64,000 nt of DNA from Camelus dromedarius. Taxonomy: Eukaryota. The stretch is from the NCBI RefSeq assembly GCF_036321535.1, contig NC_087437.1, positions 50,718,001 through 50,782,000 on the forward strand, in the 5' to 3' direction. Made by a program: the position numbers and the translations under genes. Under the pieces are notes generated by a model. It was not told where the DNA came from and did no database searches. It saw only the letters and a program-made list of their open reading frames with translations. Below, piece after piece: positions 36,051-47,308 of the stretch. Positions within the stretch are counted from its first letter, which is position 1, and each line of letters begins with the position of its first letter.

Positions 36051-38504
36051 CCACCTTCCAGACCACTTGGCCTCCCCACATGTGCTAGAATAATGGCTGC
36101 ACAGCCCTGACTATCAGATCCTTCAGGTGCCTGCAAAGAACTTTGCTATAAAACCTTCCAGCTGCAGTTTATTTTTCAGTCTATGCAGCTTCTGCTCAAG
36201 ATAATCAGGCAACAAACTGAAAAAGAAATAATGAAAAAGAAATGACTGAAATCAGGTGCTCTGACTATAAGCCTGCCAGGGCATCTTTCAGATGCTGAAA
36301 ATACCAAAAGGCTGGATAGTCAAGTTGGAGCAAGCAATTCAGAAATCCGTATTGTAATAACAGCTTATTCCCCTCTCCCAACAACGACTCTACTGCTGTA
36401 ATAGATGAAAGATGGAAATGACTACTGTGGAAGAAAATGGTGAAAAGGCAGTGATACTACTGGAACGGGGAACCCAGGACGGACCCACAGATAATGGCAT
36501 AGGAATGGGATGCACGCATGAGGAAGTGGGCCAGATGAAACAGGAAAGGCAGAGAGTTCATGGTCGTTGAAACGGAGCCGTATACACCTGGGAGTTCCAT
36601 ATATTAGCCAATCTACTTTTGTGTGTGTTTGAAAATTTCCATTAAAAAAAAAAAGCCATGCCCCTCCAGCTACATTACATCCCTAGGAAGTTAATGATCT
36701 GGGTTCCACGCCTTCATGGACACACTAGTGTAACTGCTGGCCCCTGGCCTTGCAGGGAGATGTCAAGCTTGAAAAAGGGTTGGTTCTCCTTGTCCTGTCT
36801 TGATCTGTTCCTTGCTGGCCCCTCACCAAAGTCCCAAGCGTGCCTCACAGACAAAACTCTACGGCAAATTCTGCTTTTAAAGAAGTGAGAGGGGAACTGA
36901 GACCATTGTTTCTCAGAATTAGAGATGAGCACTCAAAACACTGCTAAACCCTCAAATCAGAACAGGATAAATGAACAGGCTCAATTAGTATGCAAGAGGA
37001 GTCTGGTTAGTGAGTTGGCTCAGAGGTTAACCATGAGGATGATACCACTGCACAGAGTAAGGAAGTTGGCAACAACCCAGGAATCAGTGTGTGGCTGTGC
37101 TGAAAGGAAGCTGATCCCTGGGTACTGAGTGAAGGTCAAACCTGAAGCAGGTTTTGGTGGATTCTACCCAAACATCACTTTTTCCCTTTAACACTTCACA
37201 GGACAAAATGGAAAGACTAGTCAAGCCCTTATCACTTGAAGAAGCAATGCCTCTTAGAAATCTGAGTGAAGATATGTTTAAAAAAATCCCAGTTATACTA
37301 AGATAGCTTTGCTTGGTTCCCTCAAAGGCAGAGGAGTAGGTCTTCTGCATCCTTGAGAAAATAAGTAAAAAACAGGGTAAGCAAGGCACAGAACGGGTAA
37401 GACCAATCTGCCTGGGCTCTGTGAGTCGTCTGCAGTGGGTTAGCCCAGCTGGTTTAGGAATGCTGCCTGTGAAGGGTGGGTCACGGTTCACAGAACATTT
37501 CTATGTCCCATGACCATAGGTTTCACTCTTATCCCTGGCCAGTGATTTTTAAAGTATGTAAGAAAGATGACAAGTCCAAGGAGGTGAGCAGAAGAGAGAA
37601 TGTGGATGCAGTCATGCAGATCCACCTCCAGTATCTAAAACACAACCCAGAGCACCGTCCAATGTTTTCCCATTCCACTGAGAATAAAATCCAGTCCTCA
37701 CCGCCATTGCTCCCTGCTCACTAGGTTCCAGCCACATTCCTTGGACTCCCACCCTCATTCCTACCTCAAGACCTTTGTGCCTGCAACTTCTCTGCCTTGA
37801 CTGCTATTCCCTAAATCTTTGCATGGCTATCCAGATCTCAGATCAAAGGTCACTTTCTCAGAGAGGCCTTTTGTAACTACTCTATTACAGCAGCACCCCC
37901 AGTCACTCTGTTAAACCCTCTTATTTTCTTCACTCCACTTGTCACACTCTGATATGATCGTAAATTTGATTACTTTTCACTTGTCTGTCTCTCCCCAGTA
38001 GAATGTAACCTCTGTAGGAACAGCCGGTGATGAGAGAACACCTTCCTGCTAGGCCAGTAGCTACCTTCATGATATACATATATATTATGACCAAAATTTT
38101 CAAACCAAAAATAAAGGCACTGGGCTTAATGAGGTATTTTCCCCTAAAATATGAAAGTATGTAAGTGAAAATATATAGTATCTACATTTAATAAGGAGTT
38201 CACTTGAAAAAAACCTAAAATTACATAAAATTGGGACTATCTTGGAGAATTTGAGACATAGTTATCAGATACAGCAAACTCACTTTTTTTTCATTGTTTA
38301 GTAAACATTTCTGATGACTCATGCCTTCAGTACTAAAGTGTTTAGCTGTCAACAATTATTGATAACAAAGAGTTCTCACTGGGTGCACAGGTGAGTCTGT
38401 GTGTTCACGTGTGTGCAAAAGCACCTCCAGCTCTCAATTCATAACTGACAACTCTCAAAGCCAGAGTGGCCTTGGTTTACATCTGTTACTGTTCTTTGGG
38501 GAAG

Positions 38505-38670
38505 GACACCTCTAAATACAATGTGCATGTCAAACACCTGGGAATCTTACTAAAATGCAGATTCTGATTCCAAGATGGGGCCTGAGATTTCTCCATATTT
38601 CTAATAAGTTCTCACTCAAGTGGCATCTGCACTGCTGGCCAGAGGATTACACTTTGAGAATCAAATCTCT
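38505..38670. mobile_element. MER5-type hAT-Charlie element
   Basis: CACCTGGGAATCTTACTAAAATGCAGATTCTGATTC...GGGGCCTGAGATT...CACTTTGAG; similar remnants occur near 11460, 31950, 52520 and 62000. Confidence 0.65.
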
Positions 38671-39398
38671 AGCACTACAAAATTACCATTGGGGAAATAC
38701 GTCTCCATATTAACTCAGAAAGGAAGGGGTAACCACAGAGGACTTCGTTCCCAAGAGACAAAAATATAGAGAACCTAATTAAAGAAAAGCAGAAAGGAAC
38801 TTCTCTGGAAAGAGATGACTGGGATTTCTTAATTTGTAATAAGCCAAATTTGTAAGGATTTAAATTGGCTCACTCTTAAGCGCTGATTTGTGTACAGATC
38901 TGGGAAACTGTTTAAATTAAATTAAATTAATGTGGGCCAGTTTCCCCTTTTTCACAGTCTTGCTTATTATAAAGCTAGGTATTTTTTCTGGTTTCCCCTT
39001 TCAAAGTTTCCCCGCCTTACTACCAAACCCCTCCCCCCATATCCGGCCCAGTGGGTAATGCACCCATTGTAACCTTATTTGCTGCCACTCCTCCACTAGC
39101 GCTGCCACCCCACGAGTGGGCAGGGCCACCTGAAACTCTCACTATCCCCTCTACTCCTCCAGCCTCAGATGGGGGCTCCAGCAGTCTTAACAGAGCTCTG
39201 CACTGTCCGCATTGCTCCTCATAGCTGTGAACGTGCACATCTCCTTGGGGACCTGGAGTGACAGTGGGGTGACTAAAAAGGCAGGATTTGGGCATTCCCA
39301 TGTCTTTCGGTAACCTACTAACAATAATGAGTAACCATGATCTGTCACCATCCACAGTGATTTCCCTCCCAGTCCACAAAAACAGCAAAAAGCCAAAC

Positions 39399-39518
39399 CT
39401 GGCCTTCTCCTTCCAGTTTTTTGTATTCCTTAAGAAGTTGCTCCACATGCATCACACTGTCTCCGATGTCTGTAAACTCTGCTTGCTCTGCCAACAAGTT
39501 TTTCAGGGTAAGCTTAAC
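39399..39518 (-). CDS. MCF2L2: MCF2L2 coding exon 10 (120 nt)
   Basis: ttgtag|GTT AAG...GGC CAG|gtttgg; VKLTLKNLLAEQAEFTDIGDSVMHVEQLLKEYKKLEGEGQ. Confidence 0.92.
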
Positions 39519-39936
39519 CTACAAGACATATTAGAAAAGTCCAGAAATAAGCCAATGAGCACCCATCAGGAGGTTCAGTTTGTTATACTCCAGACAACTC
39601 GAAAATCCAAAAAGGATTCAGGACATGCGCATATCTACATAAATTTTTTTTAAAAATACAACTCATTAGCTTTCAGATTAAGCTGGGGTGCTCAGACACA
39701 TGCAGATGGACTATTAAAACTACACTGAACAGCTCATTGATCAAAAAGGAAGGTAAACCATTACTGAAATATGCCAAAAGGAAAACAGGATTCTAGAACA
39801 TTGCTATCCCACTGAAAAAGTGAGAAGAGGAATCAAAGGTATAAAAAGGGGGCTGGATTAGGGAGTTCAAGAGGGAAGAGAGAACCAGAAGTCACTGAAC
39901 CATAAAAGGAAGTTCTATTAAACAAGAAAATAACAC

Positions 39937-40051
39937 CTCACAAAAGTTGTGTTCAAAGTGCTGTAGTTGTAGGCATTGGTTAAGTTTCAGGTGATGCTCA
40001 GACCAAAACTGACAAAAAGCCTTTTCTGTCTCATCCAACTGAACCAATAAC
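39937..40051 (-). CDS. MCF2L2: MCF2L2 coding exon 9 (115 nt)
   Basis: cttcag|G TTA TTG...TGT GAG|gtgtta; (R)LLVQLDETEKAFCQFWSEHHLKLNQCLQLQHFEHNFCE. Confidence 0.94.
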
Positions 40052-40322
40052 CTGAAGAGAGAATGAGAAAGGACAAGCAGTTAGCATTCATTTCCTCAGG
40101 CTCATGTAGATAACATCCATGTTTTCAGGCAGTGTTACTAACTGCGGTAATCTCATCACGGAAGTCTGTGCCACCTAGGACTTTGTCGTGGTTCAGCTGG
40201 TTCCCACATTTTCCATTTTTCAGTCAGGACATCCTCAGTGCTAGGCAGGAACTTCACTTCAGATGCAGCTGCTGTGCTTCAAAATGTGCCCCAGGTAACC
40301 TTACCTTTGTGCCTATTTCTTT

Positions 40323-41030
40323 TTTTTTTTTTTTAACATTTTTTATTGATTTATAATCATTTTACAATGTTGTGTCAAATTCCAGTGTTCAGCACAATTT
40401 TTCAGTCATACATGGACATATACACACTCATTGTCACATTTTTTTCTCTGTGAGCTACCATAACATTTTGTGTATATTTCCCTGTGCTATACAGTATAAT
40501 CTTGTTTATCTATTCTACAATTTTGAAATCCCAGTCTATCCCTTCCCACCCTCTGCCCCCCTGACAACCACAAGTCTGTATTCTCTGTCTATGAGTCTAT
40601 TCCTGTCCTGTATTTATGCTTTGTTTTTGTTTGTTTGTTTTTGTTTGTTTAGATTCCACATATGAGCGATCTCATATGGTATTTTTCTTTCTCTTTCTGG
40701 CTTACTTCACTTAGAATGACATTCTCCAGGAGCATCCATGTTGCTGCAAATGGCATTATGTTGTCGGTTTTTATGGCTGAGTAGTATTCCATTGTATAAA
40801 TATACCACTTCTTCTTTATCCAGTCACCTGTTGACGGAATTTTAGGCTGTTTCCATGTTTTGGCTATTGTAAATAGTGCTGCCATGAAAATTGGGGTGCA
40901 GGTGTCATCCTGAAGTAGGGTTCCTTCTGGATACAAGCCCAGGAGTGGGAATCCTGGGTCATACGGTCAGTCTATTCCTAGTGTTTTTAGGAATCTCCAC
41001 ACCATTTTCCATAGTGGCTGCACCAAACTG
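40323..41030 (-). mobile_element. Young 5'-truncated L1, same subfamily as 17327-18637, with 17-19-bp TSD
   Basis: Poly(T), 3' UTR and ORF2 end (…[29 protein letters not shown]…); TSD CCTTTGTGCCTATTTCT(TT) starting at 40304 and 41031. Confidence 0.95.
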
Positions 41031-41370
41031 CCTTTGTGCCTATTTCTTTCCACCTGAGAAGACAGGTGTGCAAAGCACAGCACCCACCCAAACTGTTACT
41101 GGGAAATAAAGCTCAATAAATCCTACCATCTTCCTTGACATCCTGGGATGAAAGCATATCATAGGAAGAGGGAACAGTATTCTCATAGAAAGATCTCTGT
41201 ACATGGATGCCAGATAGATACCATGGTTTTTCTTCTGTTGTCTCAAATATTCTTTTTTGACCCCACCAAGACCCATCAGTAGCTGCTCCAATATGTTCTT
41301 GGTTGTCTCATATCATCTTGTTTTATATGGTTTCCCTCCCAAAGAAGCAGATTCCACCTCTCTCACTCAC

Positions 41371-41495
41371 CTTTCCATGGTAGCTACATTCTCAAGTTCA
41401 TTGAGATTGAGTTTGCTCGAGGGACTTTTGGTTGCTGGTTCTTGAATGCATGACAGCAATGTGGCCCCTTGCTTTCCAAGTAATTTCAGCTTATC
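41371..41495 (-). CDS. MCF2L2: MCF2L2 coding exon 8 (125 nt)
   Basis: ctctag|GAT AAG...GAA AG|gtgagt; DKLKLLGKQGATLLSCIQEPATKSPSSKLNLNELENVATME(R). Confidence 0.94.
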
Positions 41496-44294
41496 CTAGA
41501 GAAAGGAAAATACAGTCTCTCTTAGAGGGAATTAACGAAAACAAATTCTTGGCAGATTTGAAGTGAGGAGAATGGTAGATCAGCAAATTTTTCATTTAGG
41601 AAATTAAAGGATAAAGAAGTCAAGCTGCATCTTTTAAATTGATTAACTTATTCCTACTAAGTAGCATACACGTGATACAAAATTCAAAATATATAAAAGG
41701 GCATATATTGGAAAAAGTAAGTCTTGTGTCCACAGCCCATCTACTTTCCCTTTCCAAAAGCAACAACTGTTAAGTTTTTGTGTATATCTCAAGCTCTTAC
41801 TGGAAATTAAAAGCAATTAGTTAATAAAATTGGTTCTAGTCCAAGATAGTAACCAGAAGCAAGAAAATGACAGATACCTAGTGTTAAGTGCTGGAAACAA
41901 CCATGCAGTAATAATGTAATAACTACTTATTGACCATGAAAAAAAACTTCATCTGGTCTCATCAATAAATATCTGCCAGTTCTCCTACCTGGCCCCAAAG
42001 TACAGCCTTGTTCAATTATCAAAGTTTGGCAGAGATGGGCAGAAATTTCAGTTTGACATGGAAAGATTCATATTTCCAAGGCAATTGTATTCTTCTCTTT
42101 TGACATGGGGACCTAGGGTGCTGCAACTGGGGAAGATGTCAGGCTATGTCCTTCCAAATCTAGTGGCTCTAGGCCTCTACTCACGCAGTGAAGGTGGTTT
42201 CTCAATGCCTTCAGCATTGGCCATAAGGTAAGCCAAAAGGCGTGGAGGCTGGCCTAGAATTTTGTTGCTAGGAATTCTGGGTTTGGTTCCTGGTTCACAC
42301 AGGATTCTGGTTTGGTGTGCCCTGAAGGTAAGAATAGCTCCATAGTCACAGAACAATCACCCTGATGCACAGGATCACTGAATCTCTTCCACCAGGCTCA
42401 GCCACCTCCAGCCTTCACATGGTTGGTTCGGAGCACATTCCCTGTGGGAGGAGTTTTATATTCTCCACTCTGGTCACACAGAAGCCCCGCCCTCTCAACC
42501 CCATGCCTTTGCTCCTTGTCTCCCATCCCACTCCTGTATTTACCCCTTTGAAGGCTTCTATTAATCCATACCCAGTTTAAACTCATCCCAGAATCTGGCT
42601 ATTGATAGATTTGACTTCCTTGATCTAGTCTCTCAGAATTGTTGGGACACTCCCTGTGGCTCTGTCCTCTTCAGGTAACGTCCCAAGTCAGCCACTTGGC
42701 TGGTATTCTTGCCTGGGAACTGGACATATCATTTTTTTTCCACTCTCAAGTATCGGCCCTCATTTCTTATCTCATCAGTGCTCATTAAATATTTGTAGGT
42801 TGGATAAATTAAAAACAGTCTATAAGAAATCAGGTTGCAGATGGATAAAGACAAGATATGATGGGGGAGAAAAAAGCACTTGTTAGTAATTGCTCTTAGC
42901 TTTTCCCTGCTCCTCCTACACATGAAGAAGGGTCTTGGCTTTCCTACCCAGTTTCTTAAGTGCCTTTGAGCTTCCAGCATTCCAGCAGCATTGTGGCATT
43001 AGCCATTATCTTATTTATACACACACACACACACAAAGTGTGTGATATAGAACTGGGAGGAAAAGTGGAGGGATCAAAGAGGAAGGGGCATGTTGCTAGG
43101 GGAAGAAGGAGACATCAGAGGGGGAAAGTTGGAAGAGAAATACAGCCAAAAAGCTGCAGAGTGTGAGGAAAGTGTGTGTGAGAGAGAAGGTGAATCGTAG
43201 CAGGTGATATTATACACTGTGTGTTTCCTTTACATAATTAAAAAATACAAGGAAAAATCGTGACCTGGTTTCTGCTTTGGGACCAAGCCACATAGTCAGC
43301 TTCTGTAGGGTTACCAAAATCTGCCATAAACATGGAGGGAAAGATAGAGGAACTATAGTACTTGGAAAGCATAAAGGTACGTTGCCAAACCCCAAAATGG
43401 AGTTTGTCCTTGTTCACAGTGGTGACAATTCAAAATATTTAATATCTGTATGGAGCAAGCACTGATCAATCAGCACAGAAGTCAGACACAATGCTGAAAC
43501 AGTCCTGAGGCCAAGTGTGGTCCAGGTGTTAACCCTCTAATTGCCAGACTCACGAGGAGGTCTCGTGGGTCCTAGAAAATGGGCCAGGGAAGTGGAGTGA
43601 GGTACTCAAGGGATGTAAATCTTTAATCCTTTAAACAACTGGTATGGCTGTCCCAGTGTGTACTCATCATTATGAAAACAAGCAGTTGGTCAGAAGAAGA
43701 CCACTTAGCAAGGCATGGGGGACCACTTCAGGGTCAAAAGAATTTAAATTTTCTTGGGGGTATTTTTCCCTATGACAGGGGCAAGCATGAACATAGATAT
43801 TCCTTCATTTAGAATGTATTTACTATAAAGAACTATTACTATATGCCAGGCCTTCATGCTCAGCTGTGTCATGGGCTGGGAGTGGAAGTAAGGTGGGAAG
43901 TAAAAGGACCAATCAGAGCCTAGACAATGTATGATGATTAATATTTTACACTCATTATTCCACTTTTATTATTTACCGAATTTCTGCACTAAAAACCTCT
44001 ACTCCCCTGTGTTGTTTATACTGCTGACAAATGAATTCCAGAATCTGGCCTTTAAAATGCAAATCTTCATAATTTAGGGAAAAAGTCCTTGAGAGAGATG
44101 AGGCATCCCCCTTCCTCAGCCGCTGCTGAGAGAGATCTTCCTGTGACATAAAACTAGATCGAAATACTGAATGTTAAGGTATTAACTTCGAAATATCCTA
44201 TGGTATTTTGTACCTATTGAAATACTTATTTGTATTTGTAATACCAATTTTGTCTTCCTATGCAAAATCAAGATCTCTGTGCCCACCCACCTCT

Positions 44295-44426
44295 TTTTTT
44301 GGGGGGGAGTGGCAATGGTAATTAGGTTTACCTACTTATTTATTTTTAGAAGGGGTACTGAGGAGTGGACTCAGGACCTTGTATATGCTAAGCATGCACT
44401 CTACCGCTTGGGCTATACCCTCCCCA
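44295..44426 (-). mobile_element. tRNA-derived SINE, vic-1 type
   Basis: GGGGTACTGAGGAGTGGACTCAGGACCTTG...CTCTACCGCTTGGGCTATACCCTCCCC; 18-bp TSD with 2 mismatches at 44277-44294 and 44427-44444. Confidence 0.85.
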
Positions 44427-45104
44427 CTGTGCCTACCCACTTCTAACTTACGTTCTCTGCAAGTAGATTTGAACAAAGGGGTCCTTAAAAACTCTTAAGA
44501 CTAAAATTATTGCTAAGGCCTATGAACATAACTTATAATTGATTGATTATCTGATTGATTATCTGATTGATTATTTGTTACCCTGGTATTACTGATGGAA
44601 TTGTCACCTCTGAAGACAAAACTGAATGAATACTGAATGGAACAAATACTGAGTACTAAACAGTATTTGTGTTTGTAAAGATTGCTCTGTCACATAACTG
44701 AAGGGCCACTGGCACTTTCCTCTCCTCCTGAACAATGAGAAAAAGGCCTACTGCTCTTTCAGATTTCTTATTTTAACAACAATAACAACAAATGGGAGTC
44801 TTATCTTATTTAAATGAATACATGGTACAGTGTTCTTAGCTGACTAAAGCATCTGAGAGCTAAAGGCCAAGGTCCCATTTTCTGGTCTAAATAAGACTAA
44901 CAGGTGAGAATCACCCTCTTTGAGATCCAAGAGGGAAATTACCTGCTTCTGTGACCTGCCTCCAAAGCCAGCATGGAAAAGGACAGTAGGAAGAGCTGTT
45001 TTGCGGAGAATGTTTGCAAGGCCATCAAAAACAGTGCAAGAAAGGACATATCTGTGTAGGGTTTGTGGTTATTTTATCATTGTCTTAGAGCCCCCAAATC
45101 TTTC

Positions 45105-45752
45105 TTTTTAAAAAAATTGACATATAATTCCTATACCATAAAATTCAATCTTTTAAAGTGTATAATTCCAGGTTTTTTTCCAGAACATTTTTCATCATCC
45201 CCCCCAAAAGAAACTCCATTCCTATTAGCAATCACTCTCCATTTCTCTCTCTTCCCAGCTCCTGGCAGCCATTAATCCACCTGCTTTCTCTATGGATTTG
45301 CCCATGTTTGGATATTTCATATAAATGGAATCATACAGTATGCAGCTTTATTGTGTCTGCTTTCTTTCACTTTGCATGTTTTCAAGGTTCATACATGCAT
45401 AGCATGCATCAGCACTTTATTCCTTTCAACAGCTGAATGATACTCCATTGTATGGATATATATACCACAGTTTGTCCATTCATTCATCAGTTGACAGACA
45501 TGTTGGTCATTTCCACTTCTTAAGTATTATGAGCAATGTTGCTATGAACATGTTTTACTTGTTTAAGCCTTTGTGTGAAACATGTTTCAATTCTCTTATG
45601 TATCTATCTAGGAGTAGAATTGCTGAGTCATATGGTAACTTTATGTTTAAATTTTGAGGACCTGCCAAAGTTTATATTCCCACCAGCAATGTATGAGGGT
45701 TCCAATTTGTTCACATCCTCACCAACAACTTGTTATTATCTACCTTTTTTAC
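45105..45752 (-). mobile_element. Old L1M 3' region, resuming at 47489-47555
   Basis: ATATAAATGGAATCATACAGTATG, TAGGAGTAGAATTGCTGAGTCATATGGTAACT and CCCACCAGCAATGTATGAGGGTTCCAATTT are reverse-complement L1M motifs. Confidence 0.8.
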
Positions 45753-45754
45753 TA

Positions 45755-46089
45755 CAGTCATCCCTTGGTATCTGAGGGAGATTGGTTCTAGGACACCTGT
45801 AGATACCAAAATCCGTACGTACTCAAGACTCTTATATAAAATGGTGTAATATTTGCATGTAACTTATGCACATCTTTCTGTACTCTTTAGATTACATACA
45901 ATGCCTAAAACAATGCAAATACTATAAAAATAGTTGGAAATACTATGCAAATGTTATGTAAATAGTTGCCAGCATGTGGCAATTCAAGTTTTGCTTTTTG
46001 GAGCTTTCTAGATTTTTTTTTCCTCAATATTTTTGATCCAAGGTTGGTTGAATCTTTGAATGAGGAACTGACAGATACAGAGCCAGTTG
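45755..46089. mobile_element. MER2 (Tigger-derived), near full length, with an additional MER2 right end at ~47417-47486
   Basis: TA|CAGTCATCCCTTGGTATC left end; GGTTGGTTGAATC...GATACAGAG right-end motif occurs twice, the second ending GACTG|TA. Confidence 0.8.
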
Positions 46090-46877
46090 TTTAAAGCCAG
46101 TTGTACTTTGTCAGCTCTTTGAAGGCAGATGTTGCAGGGTCATATTTTTGTATTCATAAAACCTAGGTGTTATAAAAATTGAGGAATGAATAAATTTCCT
46201 ACAGAAATTCTCCTTATGGCTCTACTTGGATCCATATTTCAAACAGACCTGGTTTATTTCTGCTTCTTGATCTTTACTTATGAACTCTTTGTCTCTCACT
46301 TTTCAGAATATTCATATCCTGTCCATTCCTCAAAATCTAGCTAAAATTCACCCTATTAATGAGGTCTTCAGTGACTTTTTATTATTTACAGTTTGTCTCT
46401 CTAGTTAATGTAGGGTCTGTGTGACTGCCTTCTGCTATTCTGTGCCCCAAAGTACCTGGCACTATGCTGTCCCCATTTTGAGCAGGTTGCTGAGTGGGAT
46501 GATAAATGCAAAAGTGTGATTTATGCTGAGTTAGTTATAGGTAACTGCTCTATTTACTGTCCCACTTAGTAAAATACTTCGAGGGAGCAATTTCCCTTTT
46601 CTTGTATGTGGCATATGTTGGTAACATTTTCCCCCATCTCTACAGGTTATGAGAATCTGCAAACATCCACAAAAGTTGAAAGAATAATACAATGAACACT
46701 CATCCCCTTCTATTTAGATTTATCTATTACTAATATTTAACCATTTTGCTTTAGCTTTCTCTATAACTATCCCCTCAACAAACAACTGAAATTAAGTTTT
46801 AGATATTATGCTATTTGTCCCCTAAATGCCTCAGGATGCATCTCTTTAAAATAATGCCATTTTCCTATACTTTCTAC

Positions 46878-47308
46878 TTTTTTTTATTGAAGTACAGTTG
46901 ATTTACAATTTTCTGTTAGTTTCTAGTGTACTGTATAGTGATTCATATATATATATATATTCTTTTTCATTATGTTACTACAAGATACTGAATATAGTTC
47001 CCTGTGCTATACATTAGGACCTTGCTGTTTACCTATTTTATGTACAGTAGTTTGTATCTGCTAATCCCAAACTCCTAATTTATCCCTTCTCCCTACCCTT
47101 CCCCTCTGGCAACCATAGTTTGTTTTCTATGTCTGTGAGTCTATTTCTGTTTTGTAAATAAGTTCAGTTGTATCATGTTTTTAGATTCCACATACAAGTG
47201 ATATCATATGTTTGTCTCTCTCTGTCTGACTTACTTCACTTAGTGTTATAATCTCTAGGTCCATCCATGTAGCTGCAAATTGCATTATTTCATTCTTTTT
47301 TAGGGCTG
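46878..47308 (-). mobile_element. L1 3' end fragment
   Basis: TTTTTTATTGAAGTACAGTTGATTTACAAT...TGACTTACTTCACTTAG...CCATCCATGTAGCTGCAAAT. Confidence 0.85.

Noticed and set aside
39020..39653. 142-aa and 121-aa ORFs overlapping exon 10
   Set aside because: Off-frame or antisense shadows of the real MCF2L2 exon extending into intron; no independent coding evidence.
44540..44670. Short tandem TTGATTATCTGA repeats and a 10-bp hairpin; similar micro-duplications near 12060, 21540, 22610 and 32115
   Set aside because: Ordinary slippage products; no repeat-spacer periodicity, so not CRISPR-like or otherwise organised.
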